In this document: positions 50,465-61,175 of the stretch, piece after piece | Layout: each line of letters starts with the position of its first letter | Numbering within the stretch: the first letter of the stretch is position 1 | Source of the DNA: Selaginella moellendorffii | Taxonomy: Eukaryota > Plantae > Lycopodiophyta | DNA: 64,000 nucleotides | Direction of reading: 5' to 3' | NCBI RefSeq assembly: GCF_000143415.4 | Contig: NW_003314346.1 | Location: 523,515-587,514 of the forward strand | Position numbers and translations under genes: made by a program | The notes under the pieces: generated by a model | What the model saw: only the letters and a program-made list of their open reading frames with translations | The model's database searches: none | Told to the model about the DNA's origin: nothing

Positions 50465-50750
50465 TGTCCGAGATCCGAGTTGGAGTCCGAAATGGACCCG
50501 AAGTGGAGTCCAAGATGGAGTCCGAGATAGAGTCTGAGATGGACCCAAGTTGGAGTCCGAGATGGACCCAAAGTGGAGTCCGAGATAGAGTTCGAGATGG
50601 ACCCGAGATGGAGTCCGAGATGGAGTCCGAGATGGAGTCCGAGATGGACCCGAGATGGAGTCCGAGACAGAACCGAGACCGAGACCGAGACCGAGAATGA
50701 GTCCGAGTCCGAAACCGGGACCGAGACTGAGTCTGAGTCCGAGTCCGAAT
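50465..50750 (+). repeat. Minisatellite in 3' LTR (same units, different copy number)
   Basis: Directly visible GAGATGGAGTCC and GAGACC arrays. Confidence 0.95.
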
Positions 50751-51777
50751 ACTAATACAAGAAGTTGGGTGAAAGCCCAAAGCGATTGTCCCCCAGGGAG
50801 GGGGGGGGCTGCAGGGGGTTCCAAAAGTATGGTAGGGAGAGTGTGGGGGTTGGAGCCCAGTGGAGCCAGTTTGGCTAGGAAAGGCCAGTTTGGCCCAGGA
50901 AGGCCATACCCAGTGTTGGGTGATGAACGGACCACTAGAAAGTCCAAGACTAGAGTGAATACAGACTGACAAGCGGGGTAGCTTGGTGAAGTGTTCAAGA
51001 GCCGGCTCTAGTTCCCCCAGGAGATCGACTGGCCGATGCTCCCAGTGCAAGTGTGGGTGGGACTACCTACTTGGATACCAAGTGTGGCTTAACGGAACCT
51101 TGCTCTAAGCCCATGGCTAGAGCACCCAAGGGTGGAAGGCAAGGAGAGTACCCAGGTGGCTCGCGTAAGGCCACGGTGTTCCGAAATGTTGCCCCAAAGT
51201 CCCAGACCGTGGGAAGGAAGAGGAGCAAACCTCTAGCATAGTGACTAAGGACATAGTCACATGGTGAGGAAGTCCCAGAGGACCGTGGGACTTAGTGGTC
51301 AGGCTTGTGGGCCTTGATCTAGTGGCAGTGTTGGCAAACACGGCCATGAACAGAAAGGGACTTGGTGAGGACCGGAAAAGGGATATTGGGGAAGGCTATT
51401 CCCCATGTCTGTGGGTATCCTAAGGATGCTAAAGAGTGGATCTGGAATGATCATTCATGGACGGATGGCCCAGTCCTTGAGAGACGAGATTGGGATGCAG
51501 ATGGGGTTAGACCACCGGTGTGACCAAGGTAAAGGAGCATGGCTTTAGCGTGACAGGTGGATATGCCGATGGTACCTTGGGGTGTCGGTCATGGGACCGG
51601 ACACATGGAGCACTTGGACTAAGTGCAAAGGTTGAGTGGTGGGGATGCCATTCTCAGGGCTAACAAGCCCAAGTCCAAAATAGGACTTATAGAGGTTGTG
51701 AGTTAGACTCCTCCAAGTGGTCGGAGGTGTGGTTAAGTGACTAAAGTAGAATGGAAAATTTAGTCGCTTACAGTATA

Positions 51778-54550
51778 TTAGTAGCACTTAGACATACTGA
51801 AAAATAACCCTTACTCACTGTTGTATGCATTTGTATTGAATTAATCATTTTTTCTCCCGCATATGATTTTTTGTGCAAAGTAGAGTTGAGAAAGTGACAC
51901 ATGCTTATCGAAATTGAATTCTCTTTTAATTCTTCTTCTTCTCCTCTCCTTTTATGTTCTTGTCTTTGTTTATTAGCCACTATTTTGCAGGTAAGGGTGA
52001 GAACATGAGTATAGGCAGAAAAAACCTTACTTATATTTAGCGACTACAGTAGAATAAGCTATCACTCTTTAATTTGAAAAATAGCTAGGAGAAAAATCGC
52101 TTGTGAATTCCAAACATGCTTAGCACTAAGAATCACAAGTAAATCTCTTCAATGATTGCAAAGGCCTTAAGCCCAAACAATACTAAACAAATGAGTTCTT
52201 TTTGCAATTACAGTGGGTTAATGCCTAGACAACACAAGAAAGACAATTCTTCAACCATAATACAAGTTATAAAGCTTGGGATGAGTTTGAAATTGGAATT
52301 CAATATATATTGCCAAGAAACTCAACTTTAAATTGTTTCACTAGTAATTTCTTGAGAAAAATCCAAAAGAAAAAGGAATGAAGCTTGTTTAATATGGAAA
52401 ACACAATTAACTACTTTATAATTCTTTCTTTCTAAATAAGTTTTCACTTGGGTTTTTAAAGGACATATTTTTCAGCAACGTATCACAATTTTTCTAAGCA
52501 TATACAACAGGAAAATTGGGCACTTGTAACTTTTATCTTTGATTCCAATTTAAAAAGAGTTAGAGCTAACTTTAGTAAAGAATAAATTAGGGAATTATTC
52601 ACCCAAGTCTTATGAAGCTTTGACAAAGGTAAAATTACAATTAAAACATTATGTTGTCTCAAAGCTTTGATCTAAGGCCCTTAAACTTGGACTACTATTT
52701 AAATGCGGTTTGAAAGTAGATTTATCCCAAGTTTAAGCCTCCTATATATAGTGTAAGAGCCTATAAGACTCAAACAAGACTCACAAGTCAAAAATTCAGA
52801 AACAGTTATCACAAATTGCTTTAACTGTTCAAATTGCTTTATACCTAATACACCTAAGTAAATTAATCAAGGCTCATCTTTTATACATAGAGAGCCTACA
52901 AACATTGGTCGGTGTGGAAGGTGTCACTCTTTAATAGATTTTGAAAGCACTCACATCATATCTAGCCCCATAGAGAGGAATCAAAGGCAATCATATGAAA
53001 CACACTTTATGTCCTTTGAAGTGAGGCATAGACAAAGAGCAAATATACAAGTGAATAAGTGTGAAAATCTACCTTTCAGACTAATTGAGCAACATCCAAT
53101 TGCTAAGGGAAATACTCACCACTTTAGGTGTGAAACAGCCTTTGTAAGGCATGAACCACCCTTTGTGAGATGTAATCTATAAATGTACATGCATCTTCAC
53201 AGAAGAGAATTCCCACATAGTAAATATTTTCCACATAGGCAAAATTATACAACTACTCCAATAAGAGTTGTAACTCAATTTTTGCTAACGTTTGGAATGC
53301 ACAGATCACTTCGTGTGCTAATCAAGCTTTTGTCAGACGAAGTAGTTGAAAGGTTTCACACTATAAATGCAAAATAGAGAGCTGTAGAGCTTATTACTAG
53401 GCGTAGGCATCAATTTTAGAGATATTGCTATTGTCACTTTAATCTCTAAAGAACTAAAATAAGCTTAGAAACATTAAAAAAAGGTTTTTTTTTTTCTAAA
53501 AAGGTGAAATAACCTTAGACACTCCCAAAAATTCTGAAATACATTGCAAATATCAAAAATCTGTCATACAAGCTTGAGTAAAAACTTGTATTGACCATTA
53601 CCACTCATTAGTAAAGAGGCTAGAGAGAAATTTACCTTGAAAAACAATTTTTGTCTAGATCTAAAGTAAAATCTTCCATGAATTAGCTATTGCATGTTTG
53701 AAAAATTACTTAACATCATTCCACAAAAAAATTGATTTAAAATAGGCTATCATGCACTAGACAATTTGACTCTTATGTTGATTCTATATAGCAATTTCAT
53801 ATAATGGTCTCCATACCCCATTCAAATTAGTCTTTAATGTTGATTCAATTTGCCTAAAATTTCCTAAGAGCAATAGGCTACTTATTCTAATTTTACAATT
53901 GTAAGGGCAAAGTTGGTTATAAGCTAGAGGGTGAGACCCATTATGAAGCAAGTAAACTACTTTAGAATTGGCTATCATGCGCCAAAGAACTTGCACTGAA
54001 TTAATCTTAACCACACTAAGCACAGGCACAAAGGGAAGGACCCCCTGCACACCTAGGTAGAGAGATTGAGAATTAATGACCCTCCACTCACTTGATAGAA
54101 GTTCAATTGGGGAATTGGGGTAGACAAAGTAAAAATGTTTACCAACAATCCACCACATTTATTAGAAGATACATTTTACATATAGACTCAGATGGAAGTT
54201 AGTTGATCCCCACTCTATGTGACTAAACAAAAGTATAAGAAAGCAAAAATTAAACTATCTTATGTGCCTAGTTAGTTTAACAAATGATAGATTTAACAAA
54301 ATTGCTTAAACAATTTGACGAATTATCAAGCGAGATACTTGACAATATTTTGCTCAAGGTATATAGAAGTTTGACTCCTAGTACCTTTGCTATTGTCAAA
54401 AAAGGTGTGATAATACACCTAAATTACTTTGTAGCTACACAATGTAAGTGATATTTATGTCTGTGGAGTTACCTATACAAAAAGAAAATAGTACTAGGAT
54501 TCTTCCAAGACAGAGAAATCCTTCCTCTAAATGATAAGGTTTAATGAACT
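51778..54550 (+). mobile_element. Very old AT-rich retroelement-like relic, probably continuous with ~43400-44556 before the LARD inserted
   Basis: AT-rich, purine-skewed, stop-riddled sequence with only faint gag/protease-like wording. The family cannot be assigned by eye. Confidence 0.35.
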
Positions 54551-55214
54551 TCTCACAGTGTCGCTGGTGGGAGTGTGGACCATATTTGAGCTCACGAGTT
54601 GAAGAGTTGAGCTCACGAGTTGAGCTCAATTTTCAATTGTAATTTAGTACAAACATTATAAACTTTAAAATTTTAAAGTTATGGCGAACTTAATAATTTC
54701 ATAACTCTCTATATATTATATAGATAAAAATGTTCTAAAGGACACTTCTTGTTCTAATAATTTAAATATTTACTACATGCAATAATAGAGACGTTTGTTA
54801 GAATATAAAATAAAATGTTTACAAAAAGATTATTCTTGTCACTTCTTTAAATTTGTACTCTGTGCTTTCTAGCTAGTAAATGTCAGGTTCGTCAGAATTT
54901 TTAAAGTATGAAATTTGAATTAAGATTCTATATAAGGCCATATAACCATTTGAAAGGAAAAAAAAACAACTGTGATGGTACATATGCTCTCACAATACAT
55001 TGGAACATCATACACCCGAAAGACTATCACGAAATATTTTTTGAGAGGGTAAAGACAAAAATGGAGACTCACAAATACTATGAGTAGTATTGCGAAAAGA
55101 ACCTCACAAGTCTATGAAATGAAAAGTGAAATAATAAAATATTTTTATTAATTATATAAGGTATAATTAGTTTATATTATTGATAGAGAATAAACATCGA
55201 TAGTGCTGGAAAAT

Positions 55215-58200
55215 CTAATTAGCTCCAAAAATTTTCTGCAACTCGGCAATAGTAAGGCTTGCTTGGTGTATATAAATATCCACTTTAGGATCCTGGTGCA
55301 AAATGTTGATGAAGATGTAGTACATATGCTTGCAAGGAGCATATGCCTTCCCATGTTCCTCGCGCTTCGTAAAGTCTGGACATGTGCAAGAAGGAAAGTC
55401 TTGAATGGCAATTGTGTACTCTCCACCTTCTGTTTTGACTGTGTACTCTTTTGCAAGCGCAGTGATGTACTTCGTGGAGAGAATCTCACACTCAAGTGTT
55501 TGAGCCAAGTTTATTTTACCTTGCTTCTGCTTGGAGACGGTACCAATAAATTTAACTGCCTTACCTTTTCGTGCTGGCCTCCTATGCATCTCTGTAGGAA
55601 TAGTCTTGGTTCTGTCACTCATATCTCCAACTCTCCTCTCAAGATTGAAACCAGATTTCTCAAGGTTTTCAATCTCATCCGAGGTGAGCGCAACCCCATT
55701 AGCAACCGGCCATTCTTTAGGTACTGCATCAGGTTTAGTCACTATAGTGTCTTCAAGCCGCTTTGTATGGTTGACATCAGAGTTGTAGCAATATAACCAA
55801 CACCATCTTGAAAATCCTGCTTGCTTTCGTTCCCCATGGAAACATGGGGCTGGAACAGAAGCAGACTTATCACCACGGATCCAAGCCCAACACTTGCCCC
55901 TTGGAAGCATCCCCACACACCTTACATTTGATTTCGCTGACACTTGACAGATTGCCCATTGCTTCGGCTCCACACTATGATAAGCAATTTCAACCTGCTG
56001 TGATGCACTTTCTTCATCAGCCACTTGAGGTGGTTCGGTTCTAGGGCGATGTCTTGGAGCAGAATGATACTCAACATCAGGCCTGTGAGAGCTTTTTGCT
56101 CCAAGATCCGTGCCAACATCTTCACCAGCAAAGGAAAATCAATGCTTTGAGCGGACGGTCTTCATATCACCAATAGAAGCCCAAGGAGTGTACTCCATAG
56201 ATGTGCTGTGGACCACTTCCTCTACTGCAGTTGCCATTGTTCGTGCTGGTGGTGTCACTTTCTTCTTCATCCGATCGTGTAACATCTCAACCGAAGGTCC
56301 TGTTCCCATATATCTTCCTTCCTCAAATGCCAAGGCTTTTGAAGACTGTTCTACAGTGCGTATCAAATATGATAGACATGCTTCATATAGACTCATCTTC
56401 CCTTTCCCTGCCTCAGAGGAACGCCAGCTCCAATGTTTACTCTCTGAGAGATTCACAGTTGGGGTGTATGCAAGATCCTCAAGTGGTTGATCCTTATAAA
56501 AAGATGATATTAAAAAGCAATAAAAAGAGAGGAAAAAAAGAAAAACCAACCTGAAAAGAGTGATGTCCCCATTGGAACATTCTAACTTCCCACCACCCCA
56601 ACCACGACTCAAGTTGTGGTAGACAACTTACGTCAGTATGGCCATCTTCACGCCACCACATTCGGATCTCGTTTTCTTTTGCCTCATGCTCTTCTTCAAA
56701 AGGTGCAGCCTGCCATTATTTGCACAACTCCTTAAATGTTAATTGGAAATCTGGCTTAATAAGGTGGTAGTGTTGGTTTAGGCTTTGAGCCCAATGGAAC
56801 TCACAAGTCCTCTCACGACCTTCTAGGGGTAGACCATTCCCAAAGACTGCCCGGACACCATTCCAATTAGCCCCAGCCCCATCTGCCATGAAACCGCGAA
56901 AGTTGGCAGGCTTACCAATCCACTTCAATACAATGTCGGAGAGGGACTTCCAAAATATTTCTTGAGCCATCTGGTCTTGTACTTTAAACTCTGCTGTTGC
57001 AATTGTCAAGTTACAACGTAGTCTGAGAAAAGTGCAATGTTTAAAACCATTTTAAGATAATGAGAAAAAAAAACTACCTCGGATCATACACATGAGCTCC
57101 CATGGTTGTCCAACCTGCCACCCGCTCCATATGGTCAAAATATACCCATGCATTAGCAAGGTCACTCGACCCAGACATATCCATTCGGGAAACAAAATCC
57201 ACACCAGAGGTAGGGCCCATGGTAGACATTTTGAAAATGAAGGGGCGCTCTTGCTCACTAACGACTTGATCTGGAAATAAACTCCCATGGATAAACTCAT
57301 AGGGACAAGTCTATTTTAGTTCAAGGATTGAGTCGATTTTTTATTGGAGTTTCCCCTCTCGAGATTCACACATCCAAGACTTTATCCTAAATAAAACAAA
57401 ATGTAAGAGAGATACTATTGAAAAGTATGTAATAATATTTTCATACCTCCTGAGGCTAGTTGCAGGTTGCACATGTCGTAGTAACTCCCGCAAGCTAGCC
57501 TCATCCAGTTGAGTATTCTTGTAGTCCGGATCAAGTAAAGTATTTGCGATAAAATCCTTGAGCACTGTCTTCTGAACATGCTTCGGAGTTGCAGATGAGT
57601 TTCTCACAGTCTCTATCTGCACTGCATCTTTGAAATGGTTGACTGAACTCCTTTGTATCCCTTCCTGCATTGGATGTGTGTGCATGCCAATATGTACTAT
57701 AGCTCTACCAACCTCTCCATCCCGTGGAAGAAAATAGTACATCTTGGCCCCGCAAATGGCACGACACAATGGAGCATTCTTGCAAAACCGACACTTGAAT
57801 CCAACACCAATGGTGTCACAGAGGGGAGGATTGGTTGCAGATCCTTCAAAAAATATGGAGTTTTTACCGCACTCTTGATTGCATGTTTTATTCACACAAT
57901 CCAAATACCCACCACAATGAACCATGGACACTGTGCCTTTGAAATGCTGGAAATGTGTGGTCTTGATCTTGCACCAGTTGTGGACATCCTGCTTCGTCTC
58001 CATCCCCTTTCGTTTGGAGCTGACAAAAGGTGGTAGTTCAAAGAAGATATTGCCATTGTATGTAGATGGGAGCTCGCTAACAGGCCTATGCAGAAAGGAA
58101 CGAACATTGATAGAGAGGTGGGAAAACTGGAAAGCGTTGCAAACAACTTGGAATATCAGTGAAGTTGGAGTTTGGAAATTCTTGGCTCGCACTGGACTAA

Positions 58201-59137
58201 CATCTCCACTAGAACTAGAAGAGGAAGAAATGATGATGACCGACTCTTGCTTCACATTCACTTTAGCAGGATCACAGCCTCGCACTTTGATTGGAGATCC
58301 AAAAACTCGAATCTCTTTCGACTTGGAATGTTGCAAATCCCAATGTTGTCCACTGTAAGCAACCAAAGAGAACGACTTGAGAGGCGATCCATGGGGTTCA
58401 AATATAGAGGGAAAGGGCCCATGAACAAGAGTGCACCCTTTTTTCCAATCGGTTAAGGGTCTTGGGATATTTGGGGTTAAGCGTCCTTGGGTTTGAATAG
58501 TACTGGGCTGGGTGACCTCCCGGGAAGTCCAAACTCAAGAGCTTACATTTGGTATCAGAGGGGTCTCGGGTCCGACTCTGTTGGTTGGCTAAGGGAATCG
58601 CACCACATATTGATTGACATCTGGCTGGTCCAGTTTGCTCCCGCTGGGCTCGACCCGAGGGGTAGGGTGTCAAGAGAGCGGGGCTCTCGGGAGAGCTGCG
58701 GCTCTCAGCTTCCGTTCACGAGGGCGTGAACTTGCAGGGAAGCGTGGTGGATTGTAAGCAACCAAAGAGAACGACTTGAGAGGCGATCCATGGGGTTCAA
58801 ATATAGAGGGAAAGGGCCCATGAACAAGAGTGCACCCCCTTTTCCAATCGGTTAAGGGTCTTGGGATATTTGGGGTTAAGCGTCCTTGGGTTTGAATAGT
58901 ACTGGGCTGGGTGACCTCCCGGGAAGTCCAAACTCAAGAGCTTACATCCACCTTCACCTACACTCGAAAGAAGAAACTCTGATCATTCAACTACACCAAT
59001 GTTGTTGCGAATCACAGCTTCCAATGAAATAGAACCGAGAGAAAGATCGAAACGTCAGCAAAGAAAACTTTATGAAATAAGACTCTGGGAGATAGAAAGC
59101 GGTGGGTGATCTTGGTAATGCAAAAGGAAGCCCTCCA
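55215..59137 (-). pseudogene. Mutator-superfamily (MULE) transposase with N-terminal GCM-like zinc domain and C-terminal SWIM finger; disrupted
   Basis: CGGYLDCVNKTC...CRFC...CGAKMYYF...HIGMHTHP (GCM/WRKY-like); VYFDH, FMADGAGANWNGVRAVFG, TCEFHWAQSL (CxFH) and TVNLSESKH (DDE core); SCTCPDF...PCKHMYYIF (SWIM). In-frame stops at 56716 and 56139, with a Cassandra insertion in a 5' exon. The start is approximate. Confidence 0.85.
58354..58946 (+). mobile_element. Cassandra-type TRIM retrotransposon (593 bp) with 5S rRNA-derived segment in both LTRs
   Basis: LTRs 58354-58547 and 58753-58946 (194 bp, TGTAAGC...GCTTACA, 2 differences). PBS TGGTATCAGAG at 58550, PPT before 58753, TSD TCCAC. The LTR segment GTTAAGCGTCCTTGGG..AATAGTACTGGGCTGGGTGACCTCCCGGGAAGTCC matches the plant 5S rRNA internal control region. 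Confidence 0.95.
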
Positions 59138-59860
59138 TTTTGTTGCCTTTAGGTTTTGGAACTCTGAACTTTTATAACGAAATGTCACCTCACATGTGCT
59201 ATGCCATTATGTGAAAAGATAGGGCGATTTTATTCTAGGATCTAACATCGATAATGTTGTTATAATAAATTCTGTATGAAGTATATAGGACTATGTTGTA
59301 CAATATTAAAAGTCTATATACATTGAATTCAAAAACATACTCAAATTTATTATATGCACTAACTTTTGGTAGAACGGAAAGAAATATCACCTCAAGCATG
59401 TGCCATAATATGAAAGATAGGAATGATTTTATTCTAGGATTTACCATCAATCAATTGTTGCCAAATAAATTAAATATTGTACATATTTTCAGTACTTCAT
59501 TAAAGCTAGAAATCATCACATTCTTCTGAACTCATTTAAATATATTCCATCTTTGTACTACCATCTATCACCTATAGTAAATTATCTATATACATTGCTT
59601 TGGAAATAACACCTTACGATTTAATAATCTTATATTTTCTAACAATTTCGTACTTTGATCAATTCAACACATGCGTCTGTGACATTATTTCACATTATGA
59701 CATAGTCATATTAGAGCACACCTCCATTATTAAATTACAATTCAAAAGGACTTTGTCATGTGATCAAATCTAGGGCGGAATAGAAATTGTACAGTGCTAG
59801 ATTTATTATTTATTGTATAGTGAAGATTTACTGCATCCATGATGAACGGCTGTGATGAAA

Positions 59861-59900
59861 GTTAGGTTAGGGTTAGGGCAGCCGCCGGCATTAGGGTTTT
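59861..59900 (+). promoter_or_regulatory. Telo-box-like TTAGGG(TT) cluster just upstream of ATG 59944
   Basis: gttaggttagggttaggg...ttagggtttt. Similar AACCCTA/TAGGGTTT motifs sit near the starts of host genes in this window (~2120, 5800, 12199, 21405). Confidence 0.5.
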
Positions 59901-59989
59901 ACAGAAAGTATCGCAGGAGATTGGGAGTGACTGCGGGAATAGAATGCCGCCAAGAGTAAGTTTTTTCTCCTCCTCCACTCCCTCTCCTC

Positions 59990-60790
59990 CCCGCCCAGCG
60001 CCCCCGCGCCCATGCCATGCCCAGCGCCACCACGCCTAGCACTACTGCACGCACACCACGCCATGCTTAGCACCGCCACTGCCCAGGGCTGCCGAGCGCC
60101 GCCCACTGCCATGCCACGCCCAGCGCAGCGCTGCCTAGGTCCGCCGCTGCCCAGCACCAGCGCTGCCTAGGTCCGCCGCTGCCATGCCGTCGCTGCCCAG
60201 CACCGCCACTGCCCAGCATCACCCACGCCACGCCACGCCACGCCAGCGCCGCGCTGCCTAGGCACCCAGCACTGCCGCTGCAAGTGCCCAGGCCGGGCAT
60301 TTGGCTGGGCACTCCGCCTGGGCCAGCCAAGTCCACACAGGCCGGCCAAGGCACTTGGCCGGCAATGGTGCCAAGTGCTTGTGCCAAATGCCCACGCTGG
60401 GCATTTGGCGCGAGCCAGCTAAGTCCAAGCGCCAAGGCCAACTGCCCGTGAGCCGGCCTTGGCGCTTGGAGGTGGGCCGGTTCGCCAGCGAACCGGCCCG
60501 CCTCCAAGTGCCAAGGCCAGTGTGCACCAAGTGCCCGGCCCGGGCATTTGCCCCGAGCCGGCCTTGGCACTTGGAGGCGGACCGGCGCCCGCACCAACTG
60601 CCAAGGCCAACTGCCCGTGAGCCGGCCTTGGCGCTTGGAGGAGGGCCGTTTCGCCAGCGAACCGGCCCGCCTCCAAGCGCCAAAGCAAGGTTCTCGGGCG
60701 GTTGGCCTTGGTGCAGGCCGGCCAAGGTGCTTGGGGGAGGCCCGGTTCGCTGGCGAACCAGCGCCTGCACCAAGCCCACACCTTGTTCCC
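59990..60790. repeat. GC-rich array of short tandem repeats and nested palindromes
   Basis: 31-bp-arm inverted repeat at 60455-60518, a second copy at 60624-60687 (169-bp period), a perfect GCCGGCCAAG-gca-CTTGGCCGGC at 60341-60363, and tandem GCGCTGCCTAGGTCCGCCGCTGCC at ~60128 and ~60160. Confidence 0.92.
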
Positions 60791-60994
60791 CTCTTCTTAT
60801 GCATTTATAATTTATAATGAGTTCTTTTTTTTTTCAGAAACAGAAGCAACTACAAAAGGAGAGGGATGTTGGATCAAAAAGAAGACATGAGGAAGATGAG
60901 ATCCAGGACGACAATCAAGTTGACCTTTAGATAGAGATTTCCATAGCGACAACTCTACCGTCTTCCCAACCACATAGCTCCAGTCCACATGCAC

Positions 60995-61175
60995 CCCCAC
61001 CACTGCCATCGATGCCACCACCACCATTACCATCGCCACCACCGCCACCACCATTACCACCACTGCTACCACCACCATCATCACCACCATTACCACCAAC
61101 ACTGCCACCATCATCACCACCACCAGCGCAACCATTGTCATCACTACCATTGCTGCCACAACCACAAATGCCACT
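60995..61175 (+). repeat. Imperfect (CCA/CAC)n trinucleotide tract encoding a Pro-rich linker
   Basis: Directly visible; reads PPPLPSMPPPPLPSP in the frame of the exon starting at 60838. Confidence 0.85.

Larger units (their letters stand above)
44557..51772 (+). mobile_element. Non-autonomous large LTR retroelement (LARD-like): LTRs 44557-46185 and 50233-51772, TSD GTATA
   Basis: Two highly similar 1.5-1.6 kb direct repeats ending CTTACA (5' LTR starts TA, 3' LTR starts TG). PBS TGGTATCAGAGC at 46189, purine-rich tract at ~50221, GTATA on both flanks. The ~4 kb interior has no long ORF or pol motif. Confidence 0.93.

Noticed and set aside
58475-58530. 5S rRNA gene
   Set aside because: Only the internal ~55 nt is 5S-like, and it is embedded in both LTRs of a TRIM. 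It is not a full-length gene.
59861-59900. Interstitial telomere or chromosome end
   Set aside because: Only 3-4 imperfect units, positioned like promoter telo-boxes.
60067-60817. Several 120-245 aa ORFs on both strands
   Set aside because: By-product of GC-rich palindromic DNA lacking stop codons. They lie inside a predicted intron.
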